Shown in pieces: positions 39,137 to 51,100 of a stretch of 64,000 nucleotides of DNA (positions are counted from its first letter, which is position 1; each line of letters begins with the position of its first letter). Position numbers and translations under genes: made by a program. This DNA is from Phoronis australis. Lineage: Eukaryota > Animalia > Phoronida. The notes under the pieces are model-generated. The model saw only the letters and a program-made list of their open reading frames with translations. It made no database searches and was not told the origin of the DNA. The stretch spans positions 7,537 through 71,536 of the forward strand of contig NMRA01000083.1 of the NCBI GenBank assembly GCA_002633005.1. The letters are read 5' to 3'.

Positions 39137-40330
39137 AATAGAGTCTATACCCAAAATCACAGATTTTTTTTGACTTAGCACATACGTGTGGTTTGGTAAG
39201 ATGTAGAAAAATCTCACTTCTTTAGAATTTCCATCCATTATTTCTCTTTTTAAGACCTGTACCTTCATTTTGCAACAAAATTGGGCGCGGAAGTAGACAT
39301 GTTTGAATGCATTTTACTAGCATGTATAGTAAGCTGATAACAAATGAATGATACGGCTTGAAAGGACTATGACAGAATAATACTTAGTAATATTTGCCCG
39401 TTCTTAGTTTGCTCAAACACCAATATGGAACTCTTTGAACATGTAATTGGCTTGCAAAAACACTACCTCAGCATCTTGTTTGCGAGAGAAAAAGCAGACA
39501 GCATTACTAATTGTTTTTCACTGAAAACCACACTGATGATTAATGTTTATTACAAAAATTATGTACATAAATTATGACTGCCATGCGTACTTCGTCTCTA
39601 TAATAGATGGCGTCGCTGTTTGTCTCCATGGAGACTGTGGACGCGACTAGAAGCCCAATCTACCTTCTCTCATGTTTTATCTTCGTTATGAGTGCCGCCG
39701 GCATAGGAAGGGCGGCACTTCAAGGGGTTATGGCCCTCTTTTCAGTGCAAAAATTCGTCAACTTGGTCAAAATTATTGCAATTTTACGTTCATATTGTGG
39801 CAAGTTGCTAGTCTCTAAATCGCCAAAAATTTGGAGTTTGCACCCCCAGTCACCCCAACATCGAATATTTCTGGCAGTGCAGCAAACATTCAAGGTCAAT
39901 AGAAAACAATTCATGAAAGACAATTTTATTAATGACTCAGTTCATGACAGACATTAGGTCAACAAAGTTCAACACAAGTAAAGGCCTGGACTAACATACC
40001 GAGGGACTGCCTCTGTGGCACAGCAAGGGGGGGTCAGTTGCCCCCGGGCGCTTGATGAAGAGGGTGCCAAACATTTTTTGTCCAACTGGGGGCACCAGGC
40101 ATTTGGTAACTGGGGGATTATATGGTTACCGACCGAGGTGGGGTGGGAGGCGGGGGTGCCACTTGAGATGTCGACGGAGGGCAAGGAGGTGCTCGCTACG
40201 CCACTGGACTGACTATTGTCATTTCAGGTGTTTAGGGTACAGACATTTTCTGTTTGGGTGAAAACCTGCACCAAATTCTCTTCGGTGAACATCACAAATG
40301 ATTTGACTCCACGACTGGTCCTGCTCAGTC

Positions 40331-40431
40331 ATAGAGAACCCTACACGAGTCTCAGGTTTGTGACATGGGAGGAATTTTGACGAAATTTCCAAGAGGTTTT
40401 GCCCATGTCATCAACCTGAGACGAGTGTAGG
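40331..40431. repeat. Hairpin-forming element end
   Basis: Stem cctacacgagtctcaggtttgtgacatggg (40340-40369) pairs with cccatgtcatcaacctgagacgagtgtagg (40402-40431). A related partial copy is at 42534-42601. Confidence 0.8.
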
Positions 40432-42189
40432 ATATGTTTTCTCACATGAACCGTAAAAACGATCTTTTTTGCCGAAAAACTCCACGTGTCTAAAACTTTC
40501 AACGACGCAACTTTTGTAAAAATACGCTTGCGCCTGTAAAGTAATTCAGTTACTTTTTGTTAATAGTTTTATTTTAAGCTTAACAGTTGTAAATTGCATT
40601 CAACTTTCGTATTAAATACTCAAGTCAGAATCTAATAGTCTTTGTAGTTGTAATATTAAAACTTAAACAAGCGAAACGCAGAGCGTCAAAACTCAAAGGT
40701 ATATATTTCCATTTAAAAACTCTAAAGATTATTAAGATTAACATGTTAAGGAAGAAAACAAAAGAGTTACATGTACAAGTTTTTTGATATATCCTCAAAC
40801 CTAATGTCAACTGACTCATTGGGCAAAGGTCATCGGCTGGTTCAGTTTTGGTAGTGACTGCGCAATACGTCCAGAAAACAACTTGTTTTCATTTGAAAGA
40901 GCTTAGACTTGATTTTTATAGCAATCTAATGACTAATTCTTGTTCAAAGATTCGATCGAATGGTCTTTTAATTCTGCTCATCATTTTCGAAATAGACTGT
41001 TTTGCAAGACAATTTTCACTAAAATGTAAAGTTGAGGCACGATATTTTTGCTCAATCAACAAGATTAACTTTTTAGTTGTATATTCAAAAAGTTACGTAA
41101 AGCTACACGGTGCAATATGGCGGTAAGGGGGTCATAAAACAACCACTACAATTAGCTTAGAAAAGTGATCTATGAATTATCTCCCCTGTCTAGCACAATG
41201 CCGTCAAATTGGAATAAATGCCAAATAATTATGCACAACTTTTGTGAGTACTTTAGGGGTGCAATTTTATTTTGGTGTTTTTAGTTCATTTATTATGTGT
41301 TTTCAAAATCTAAAAATTTCCCCCAAATAAAGTTGCACATTTTTAAGAAATTTGGGTTTGAAGTTATGTAATAGTTACCAAAGAGCTTAGTGAATTTAAA
41401 TTTGTAAAAATAGCACTTTTTGTAAAGCAAGTAACCAGGTTCTCCTCAATATCATCGTATTTAACAATAATACACCCACATTACTTGTTTCACTTTTGCA
41501 GAGGAGTTGCAAACAGTGAAATTTAATATGACCAATTGCAATTTAATGCTCCAGCAGCGAAATTAAGGGTTATTGAGTGCACAAAATGTGGCATTTAGAA
41601 TTTCGTTTGCCGCTTTCATGCTCATAGTTACTGGTATCAGGTTGGCCTCAGACAGGCCAAGGTATTTGAGGATATGCACACCGGACAGCTTCGGCATCCT
41701 CTGCCTGATATGCATTCTATTTTTGTTACTTGAGCTTTGGTGATGTTGGATTGAGTGCCCAATAAACTGTAGTCATTTTTGGCGAGCTTCATGTCTAGTG
41801 TTATTGTGACATAGACTTGTTCTTTAACCAGGTGTAGGTGACGTGGTCAAAGATGTGGTGGACTAAGGAGGTCTGTTGTTTGTTAGAGACAGTATACGAC
41901 TGGTCAAACGCCGTGTTCACTTCACAGTATTTATATATTCATTTTGTACGTTTCAGAGGGACATTCGTCTTGCTCAATAAAGCATAATTAGAAATACCCG
42001 AGGGTTATTGTCTAAAAAACGTCAGGGAAATGTTATTCATATATCAATGTTTTCATTTTTTGATGAAAATAAACGTCATACATGTTAGTAGTAGTTAATG
42101 CTCATCCTATATCTTGCTGACAAGTTGCGCGCGACGTTTTTTCATACTATGAATTACTTTTTACCGGATTTTTTGCAGACAAGCCCGGG

Positions 42190-42534
42190 ACGTTTTCCTT
42201 AGAAAATGTCAATTTCGGGACAAATACTTAAATACAAATATACGTCTGGTTGTAACCATATAAAGTTCCAAATATCCGCCCTGGGCGTATTTTGCGGAAA
42301 ATACGCCCACTGGGCGCCAAACGAATGCAATATGTCGATGGTAAGGTCCCGCAACATCCAAGGAAAATATTCAACAGAGATGGAGAGCTAAGTCTTGAAG
42401 ACGAGTTTTTCATGACTTCAGTACGATTACGTGTTGAAATGCTTATGAATGATCTTGTAATAAACTTTGACGTTAGTCAATGTTATTGTCCAAATGTTGT
42501 TAATACACGGATTGACTTCGTTATTGGCCCTTAA
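42190..42534 (+). pseudogene. Harbinger/ISL2EU-type transposase helix-turn-helix fragment
   Basis: LSLEDEFFMTSVRLRVEMLMNDLVINFDVSQCYCPNVVNTRIDF resembles the HTH_Tnp_4 pattern LSxEDEFxMTLxRLR...DLAxRFxVS...TWIxF. Confidence 0.7.
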
Positions 42535-43714
42535 TAGAGAATTGTACACCAGTCTCAGGTTTATGACATGGGCAAAACCTCATGGCATTTTCGTCAAAAT
42601 CCCGAGTCAAGCATAAAGGGTCACTGAAGAAAGTAAGCGGTTTTTAAGTGATAGTTTTAAGTATAGAATGTATTTTTGACGAGGTGAAAACTCTTAATCG
42701 TTGTAACGTATTTCGCCTACCACCCTTTTAAAATACACCGGACGAAGCGATGGGTAATATTGCAGCCCCCAACCAGCCAACTGAAGCCGAGGGGCTACGT
42801 GTTGCTTACAGCCCTATTTGCATGTACACGAAGTTCTACTACTGTAATGCCACAAGATGTCACTTTCTAAATTTACCTTCTGCACTAAAGAGTCTGATGG
42901 CAACTCTGATACAACCAACCAGTTTGAAAGTAAAACTTGTAAACAAGATAATTCTGCAATCTAAATAATGTTTCTGCTGTCAATTAAAGACTTTCACTCA
43001 CTGTTTGTATTTCATGTTACTTAGTAATTGCAATAGGTAGTTGACACTTGACAACCAAAAACGCGCATTTTCAGCTGCATTTCTATGCATGGAATAAAAA
43101 GAAGACCAGACTATTAACCTTTATTGTTGTTACTTTTATTCATCGTCTACAAATTTCAAGAGTCATTTTGTTACAGTTTGCTCTATCCTTACCAATAACT
43201 TAGTTTGAGTTTGGGTACTTAAATTAGTGGGCACGACAAAACGAGTGCACCCACAAATGGGGATAATTTCATTATTTGAAAATTATATTTTTTGGACTGG
43301 CGGATGAATATTATACATGCCTACACACTATCGAATGTCAGTCCCTAATCTACTAGGATAGGTCTTGTTACCAAGAAAGGTAATTTTTAAGCTGAAATTT
43401 TCCAAGTTTCAAGTAAAAATTTAACGGGGGTATTGAAAATAAACGCAGAGATCTATGAGTGTATTATGTTGGTTGGTGTTTTTTGAGGTAGATATGGATT
43501 CACTGGTGGAGTTTCAGCCAATTCTGTGACCGGTCATGTACATTTTTTATTTGATTCCATAGGTTCCATCACAAATTGGTATTTAACTTGTTTTACAAAT
43601 TCTTCATCATGTAACAAACTATTTTAAAGCTCTAAAACCCTATCCTTTTAAAAAATTAGATCAACGAATTTCAAAAAGTAATACGACAATGGTCAGTTCT
43701 ATACTCTTACTACT

Positions 43715-44250
43715 GCCAACGCCTGCATTGCATCTACGATTTTAGGGGTGTTTATTAATATCATTAAACATGGTCATTACATGGCGCAGAATACGTCAAA
43801 CCCGTCCTCAAAACGGGAAAGCGTCGTCGTTGCTCCCCTAATGCAAAGAACTCTGATCAAACCAAGGCAAATGTAAAAACTAAAATTGCCACTAGAGGGC
43901 ACTGAGTTTGTCAGCCGTTCAAAAGTCGTGGGCAGTAGCTGTCACATTCATGCTAGTTTAAGATGCAATCGTTAAAAACTAAAATTGCTACTACAGGACA
44001 CAATTGTAGTCGGATCAGTCCGAAAATCCATCAAGAAATTCCAAAGAGGAAAACGGAGAAAATAAAATGGCCACTAAGGAGCACCGCCGCAGTTGGATCC
44101 GTCCGAACGTCATGGTCATCCGTTGTCATCTCCATACAAATACACTTGCAAAATTCAACAAACATCCAGCAGACAGTTTAGGAGATACAGACACAACAAA
44201 GAAAACAAAACTGTCACATGGAGGCGCCACAGTAGTCAGGGAACGATTTT
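43715..44250 (+). mobile_element. HINE copy (5' part, decayed)
   Basis: Homology to the 5' region at 37410 and to the internal units (aaaattgccactagagggcac; ggatccgtccgaa; ggcgccacagtagtc). Confidence 0.75.
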
Positions 44251-44710
44251 GATGACCGCGTACAGATTACATGTTTAACGGATTAACGTACTCCAAGTAC
44301 TATACATGTATTGGCAATTCCAAAGATTTCAGCGGCTTTTGGAGTACAAGTTCTAACTCATGCCACGTCTGGAATGAACCAAAATACACGTTAACGCCGA
44401 TGAATTAGAAAAATATCTTAGGACACTCTCAAACCCCGTGGGATGCCCAGTCTCCCAGGTTTCTCTCGTTGTCCGTCAAGAATGTGCAAGCATGCCTTTG
44501 GTAATGACTTATAATATTCTGTTTTGATGAACAAGGAATTTGTTAGTTCCTAATTTGCATGATGTTTATTTATCTATGAACATAGGCAGACTCATAGATG
44601 AATTTTTGACAATTAGAAACTATTATCTAATCCGTAAGTACACTAGGCGATTTTTGCCTATCCCAAATAAAAGTTCAAAGGTATTGATGAAATTGGAACA
44701 GTTCTCAGTA

Positions 44711-45103
44711 CATGTGTCCCAAAAATGTACTCGCATTTCAAATGGCAATGAGTGCATTTTTATTGACTTAAGAACAAGATAGGTGGGTTAAATTTACGAA
44801 CAGATCAAAACGGAATTAATTCTTTAAATCAAAATTAAACGCATTGGGCATTAACCTGGGAAGTAAAATTGTCTTTGCACTTTCTTGATTTTTTTAGTTT
44901 TCAGTAGCATTGGGCAAAAAAAACTTCATTCTCCATTGCAACACAGAGTCATTTGTTTGCCATTCCCGTGCATACAGAGCGCTTGTTAGCTCACGCACGG
45001 CGCATACACTTTCGAAACAAGGCCAGGGATCAGAATTTGATCAAAAGAATTTGAACTCCCAGAGTTGTACTGGGGTATGAGTACATTTTTGGGACACCCC
45101 GTG
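44711..45103. mobile_element. Tc1/mariner-type MITE (393 bp)
   Basis: TA flanks; TIRs catgtgtcccaaaaatgtactc / gagtacatttttgggacaccccgtg. Confidence 0.8.
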
Positions 45104-45911
45104 TATCAATTGTCCCCAGACACCAGAAAATGGGCTACCCTCGTTTTAACAAGGGATTTTGAAACAACTTCAAAGGCAATGCACTACGGTCATCCCAGAC
45201 GGATTTGTACAAGCTCGAGCTGCCTATCTCAAAAGAAATACAATTGAGCTAATCATCAAATTCGTATTTTCATTCCTTCAGTAGGCGTGAGCTGTTAGCT
45301 AACAAACAGCTATACTTCACTTGAGGCACCCCAGCTCCCAGGTATCCGTCTGTGTTCATTCTCGCTCTCCATAAATTTTGTTGAAACATGGTTACTCCGG
45401 CAAGTTCGCCCCCGGCCCCCTCCCCTCAATAATATTTAACCTTCTTACTGGCCTGCAATCCTAAATACTACGTCTCATACACAAACAAATGCCTAAACAT
45501 TTAGAAAATATACAACCAAATTTGTATAACAAGAACCAAAATGTGAATCAAAACTCAACAAACATTACGCTCAGGTAGAATATCAATACCTTTCCACAGA
45601 CAACATGGCCGTTCATTAAGGAATCGTTCCTGAATTGATGTACATGTACAAGAAACTCACTTCGAAACGAGGGTAGTAGCATAGACGGTAAGAAGAAAAT
45701 AAACGATTTTCTTTTTTTCGGTCGAGGTACAACACTGTGTTCAAAAAGGCTTGTAGTTTGATAACAAAAAGATTGAAACATGTAGCATAGTACGCACTAC
45801 TTTGGTTTATACAGCCCCTGGATGTAGTCCAACATCTACAGACGCACAACAGACGGCTTTCATAGCCAGTGAATTACGACTGAGTGTGCAGTTATTAGTG
45901 TTATAAATGAC

Positions 45912-46180
45912 TGTAACTAGTAATTCTCTTAAAGACAGTGTACTCACTATGTCCACAGCGTTTCTGGATGAAAAAACGACTTCGTAAACGTGTCACCTTC
46001 GGTTAGTTCAACCTGGATAAGTATTCCGTTGGTTCAAACAGGAAAGGTGTATTGTTACTCAAAATCAATAGTTACGTAACACCGACGATCGGGTATAGGT
46101 ACGACCGCCTGCTACTATTGACCACTAACAATAGTTTGAACAGAGCCATAGCTCTGCACACTGTTCTTCAGGTTGCATAA
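45912..46180 (+). repeat. Dispersed repeat, homologous to 13185-13450
   Basis: See the feature at 13185. Confidence 0.8.
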
Positions 46181-46412
46181 CTTTCGGGGCCAGGTGTGCG
46201 TTTAGTAGACGCTAGGACTTACGCTAGGACTTACGCTAGGACCTAGCTAAAATCTAGTCAAAGTCACGTGTTTGTGTTTAAAATACACGGCAATATCTCA
46301 CGTAATCTCGTGAAGTCTTGCTTTTTAGCGATGTCCTGGCGTTACTGAACAGGAGGTAGACCTGGCGTGCGTTCAGTAACCAAGGTACCTAAACGACACG
46401 GTCAACTATCTC

Positions 46413-46641
46413 ATAAAGACGGGCATGGACGCATGAACACGACTCACGTACCTGGAAACGCCGTCCACTGACTCACAAACACGGGAACGGACTCACAAAA
46501 CACGATCCTCGTGAATACGAGTCCGTGTCCCGCCTATTTGGGTGCGTGGATCGTGTTTTATGAGTCCGTTCCCGTGTTTGTGAGTCAGTGGACGGTGTTT
46601 GCAGGTCCGTGAGTCGTGTTCATGCGTCCGTGGGCCGTGTT

Positions 46642-46644
<3 letters not shown>
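46413..46644. repeat. Long palindrome (~95-bp arms) built of degenerate ~21-bp units
   Basis: 46413-46508 is nearly the reverse complement of 46547-46644, e.g. ccgtccactgactcacaaacacgggaacggactca / tgagtccgttcccgtgtttgtgagtcagtggacgg. Confidence 0.9.

Positions 46645-46645
<1 letters not shown>

Positions 46646-46683
<38 letters not shown>
46646..46683. repeat. (TG)n microsatellite
   Basis: Directly visible; followed by a single N. Confidence 0.95.
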
Positions 46684-46684
46684 N

Positions 46685-46920
46685 AACGGCAAGCACCCCC
46701 TCAAATTTTGCTGCAAATTTCCCTCCGCCCCTCCAGCCCTTCCCACCCCCATAAACGTCGACTCCTTTAGAGTCTACCTCCAAGGTTACGACCCGTCCCT
46801 CACTCACTACATCCTAGTCGGCTTCACTCACGGTTTCCGTCTTGGTGTCACCTCCACCTTCCCCTCTCCACCCCCTCACAATCACCCCTCTGCCCTCTCT
46901 AATCCTCTCCTCACCAGTTT
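46685..46920 (+). mobile_element. DIRS/Ngaro-type retrotransposon fragment (gag end / RT N-terminus)
   Basis: LPTPINVDSFRVYLQGYD...ILVGFTHGFRLG...HNHPSALSNP matches the TPxN...GFxxGF...NxxSA pattern that precedes Ngaro RT. Confidence 0.7.
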
Positions 46921-47949
46921 ATCCACTAGCGCTCGACTCTGAAATATCTTTTTCATGCCATCCCGGATCACTATAAAACAAGGACTCATTTTGTAACCCA
47001 AAACGGAAATGGAAATACAGTACACATAATCATATTGAATGTGTGGCTTATTGAAATAGGTCTACACTGGTATCTTTTTTGTTATTTATAGTATAATATG
47101 ATTTGAGAACCAAAGGCTTCTTACAAAATTTTGTGTTTAGAACAAGGGCCATTCAGTATCTGAATAAGATTTCATGGTGTGGGTGGGTGACGTGCCGATT
47201 AAAAGGGTGATTCACCAATTTTGGCATCGAATTGGGAAAGGTTTTGTCGAGTTTGGGCCTGAATTGATAGGATATGGTTTTCTCTAAATTTTGTATTGAC
47301 AGGTTTATTTTTCAAAATTCGATTACTGTTTAGATGCCTTTGCTTTGAATAAGAAATAAATGACTAATTATTCAGTGGGTATTCTTTTGGGTATTCATTC
47401 TGTAAGCCTCTCTGGTATTGAATTCAAGCACCCCTTTGAGTCAGGTTTTGAAACGAGTAACTTTATTCCTGTCGTTATAAGTAATAGGTGGCTTATTGAA
47501 AAGGGTTCATGGAGGCACACTAGTGCTCATTTCTTCTGATGAATATTTTTTTAAACCTCTTAAAGATGTAATTGCATGCTCCTAATTGGCTAATGTATTA
47601 CAGGAACTAAACAAAAATGCTTTTTGAATATCAACAAAGTGCAGCTGTATTCACTGACACCTTGTCAACGCAAATAGGTGACCTTCGCACTAATGACATA
47701 CCTCGCGGGCTCAAATAGCACCATGTCACGATACTTACTGGATATGGCGGATCATTTTCGCTACAAAACTTGTTCTTAAAAACATAAGACAATTTTCAAA
47801 AAACTTCATATCAGCACAATGTTTTTCAATAATTTGGCCTAGCAATCACAGAGATAAGGAATTACTCACAAATTCAGATATACATGACCTCAGAAAACAA
47901 AAACCATTCTACAAGAGAAAATTGCTAATGTACAAGCTACTGTTTTACC

Positions 47950-50900
47950 TTAAATTGCGTACAGGCAACCTTGCCTTTTTTGAATTCCTGGTTATAGCTG
48001 CAATTACTGCTACAAAAGTAAAGCATCGGGAAGTTATGCACACTTCAGCCTGTGTTAAGTCCAATTTGAGGACGCTGCTGGAAGTTGCACAATGCAACAG
48101 CAAATATAAGAGTGTTTTCATTGTTTCCTTTCAGACCTACAATCTTCTACAAATTTGTTTATTCTCATTCAAAGCCTTGTGCCAGGATTTCCACAACAGA
48201 CATCCAAGGTGCTACATTTCTGCACTGCAGTTGAAGGGTAGTGCTGTTGAAACTTTTTATAGTCAATAACATGCCGTACTGACAAAGAAACTGCAAAGAG
48301 AGGTCAGAGATATTGGTGCAACCCATGAGATTCCACTCAGGAAAAAGCAAAAAAGGACCGAGGGACACAACAATGTACTGATTCACATGACATAGTCGCA
48401 GTAGTAACATGCCTACCAGTGCTCTGAATGTGATAAGACTGCTACAAGTATTTTACTAGTGCCATTTTTGGTTCGAATAGCACCTCTCTATGTGCAAATA
48501 TACGGTGTACTTTGCATTATGTTGACTGATTTTGTTGTGTAACATTATTTAAGTTAATGTGATATCATAATGGTTGTGACGTTCATAGATCTGGAAAATG
48601 CAACAACGATAACTCTTAAAGTACAGTACATGTGTATTCTATTGTGCTGTACAACACTACAAGGACAATTGCTACACAAATTTAGAAACAGACCACAGAA
48701 AGCTATTTGGAAAATTTGAGCAAATGATATGATACACATCAATTTAATTCACGTTTTATTAACTGCTACCTGACGATAAAGTTTATCACGCAAACCCACG
48801 TCGCCTCTTGTTCGCATACTTCTGCCTTCAAAGCTTCTTCCTCCCTCTCCTCTGAGGAAACCACCAATATGTGCATTGGTATATTTACGACAAGAATTGT
48901 TCTTACAAAGTCGCCAATCACATTTACATCGAAAATGTAGGCTTGACTTTGTAATTGTCACACCCATTGTCACCAACTCTATATTATCTTTTACCTTGGA
49001 TTGTGTAGTCTGCAAAGGGAAACATGGCAAAATTTAAAGTGAGAGAGGGGTATCTAGAGGCACATAATTAGAATGTTTAGTGATGATGTATCGGCAACAC
49101 GATTTGGACCCACAAGCAGGACTAGTGAACATAACAGGTCATTCCGAAATCTAACACTACTTGGAAACCCCAAAACTTTAAATCTCATTTCTAAATCAAG
49201 CACTACTGTGACAGGCTTGATATTCTAGTGAATGTATATGTTCACTCTTTTACCACCTAGTCTCACATAATCTAATATAAGGAGGCAGGGAAAGGTTGAC
49301 TTGCGGCATGATTTAGTCTCTTATTTTAAAACTGTCATATGCTCACCTTTACGATTTTGTGTCTATGGTTACCAAAGAACTCTTCTCGTATGGAATTATC
49401 CAGCTTTCTCAGAAATGGCAAGAAGGAATGGTGTAGGTACAGTAAATTACCTCTATCTCTGCACTTCTGCTGGGGATCCCAAGCCCAGATAAAAAAAACA
49501 GAAGTTAGGAAATCACAAGAACAACACTGAACTAGTACTGTAGAATTAAAACTAAAAGTTCATTCATTGAGAACATCGTACTTTTTCGATAAAAACTTTC
49601 TTTCAGGTCCTTCCATCCTGAAGGCATATTCATGTGCAAGCATGCTTCCCTTAAAGTCAAGTCATGCACTTAAATGGGTGTTTTGTACATATCCTTTGTC
49701 TATTTTAGTGCTTAGTACATAAATATGCAATTCAAAGAAAAGTTGCATTTTGGTACAAACAAGTCAAACTACATACTTTAAAGATACATCGTCTCATTAA
49801 ATTGTGAATATGCAAATGAAGTACTAATTTACAAACTACCCTGGGTCTTCCCATATCAATGTACCGGAAACAATCCGAGAACCATTTACAATTACAATAT
49901 CGCAAAAGTCTGGTTTTGCGAGACTATTTTTATGCAAATTTCATTGTTGCCCAAATGAAACAAGGAACAGTTTTTAATATTTGAATATTTAAGTATCAAA
50001 TAACAACTGCATTATATTTGAAATTATTGGGATTTTTGTATGTTCACATTTGTTTTTAAGCTTTCAGTTGCAGTTTTCTTTAAACAGCAAATTGTCTATT
50101 GTATGTCACTTTGTGGTCTCCTGTGCCATTTTATTTTAAATCCATCTACATGTACTCTGCAGTCTGTAGCATACCCTTGACAAAGAGCGCACTGCTCAAA
50201 ATGTGGGGATATTTGAATATATTTTAGTACTGAAGCTCGTCGTTTTAGTTTTACTATTTTAAATTATTTACCAATTGTTTCTTTTTCTGTACACACATTT
50301 CTCCATGAAGTCACTAGGTGGCGGTTGCTAAAATTCAAATCTTCATGGTTTTAACGAGACGTGGCATCTTTAAAATATTTCTATGTTCAGCTTGTCCCGA
50401 AATCAAAAGAAACCTGTGATTCGCATACTGTTTTATTGGGAAACTAATCATGGACATTGTTTTGCTTTCAATCACTGAGAAAGTCACCTGCTTTGCAATG
50501 AGGGTCATTAGAGTGAACTGAGGAAAGTTTGCAACAATTCAGTTTTGACAATAACATGAATTGATGAGAATTAGACGCAGTCATGTGACCATTGATACAA
50601 AGCAAAGGACATGAATAATTTCATAACTCCCAATCTCATCACTTTATTCCCAGGAAATCAAAATAAAACTTACTTCTTTTTGACATCTGCAGAAATGGTC
50701 ACAGCAGCCAGAATTTTTCTTCTCTGATTGTATGATGCATCACCCCTGTTCGTCTTGTATGTTAGGTACATCTCTCCAATACAACCACCTACCAGTACGT
50801 GTAAACCCCAATCAGGTGAGGATGGGGTGGGAGACTAGAGGTAGGCCTACGACTAATTAAACTGGGGCCGGAAAAAAGATTCCGCCTACTTGTGACACTG

Positions 50901-51100
50901 GTGCTTTCAGTGCCGGTTGTGGCTGCTGTACTAGCAGAGGACATGGTGACGAAGTCAGAGTACTCGCGGTGCATATACAAAAAGTAACATTGCACATTGC
51001 ACTGCGTTGCAAGTCAGTGTCATGTTTACTCCTCAAGTCCAATTGTGGTAGCACAATATGGCCGAATAAATTTTCTGTGAACTTTCACGCAGAGCATGAC
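47950..51100 (-). pseudogene. Possible decayed multi-exon Cys-rich transposase relic (KDZ/HMGXB3-like)
   Basis: Minus-strand exon-like blocks with GT donors (~50672, ~49345) and fragments ELVTMG...RLCKNNSC, TFRAL and PWMSVVEILAQGF. Very degenerate. Confidence 0.3.
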
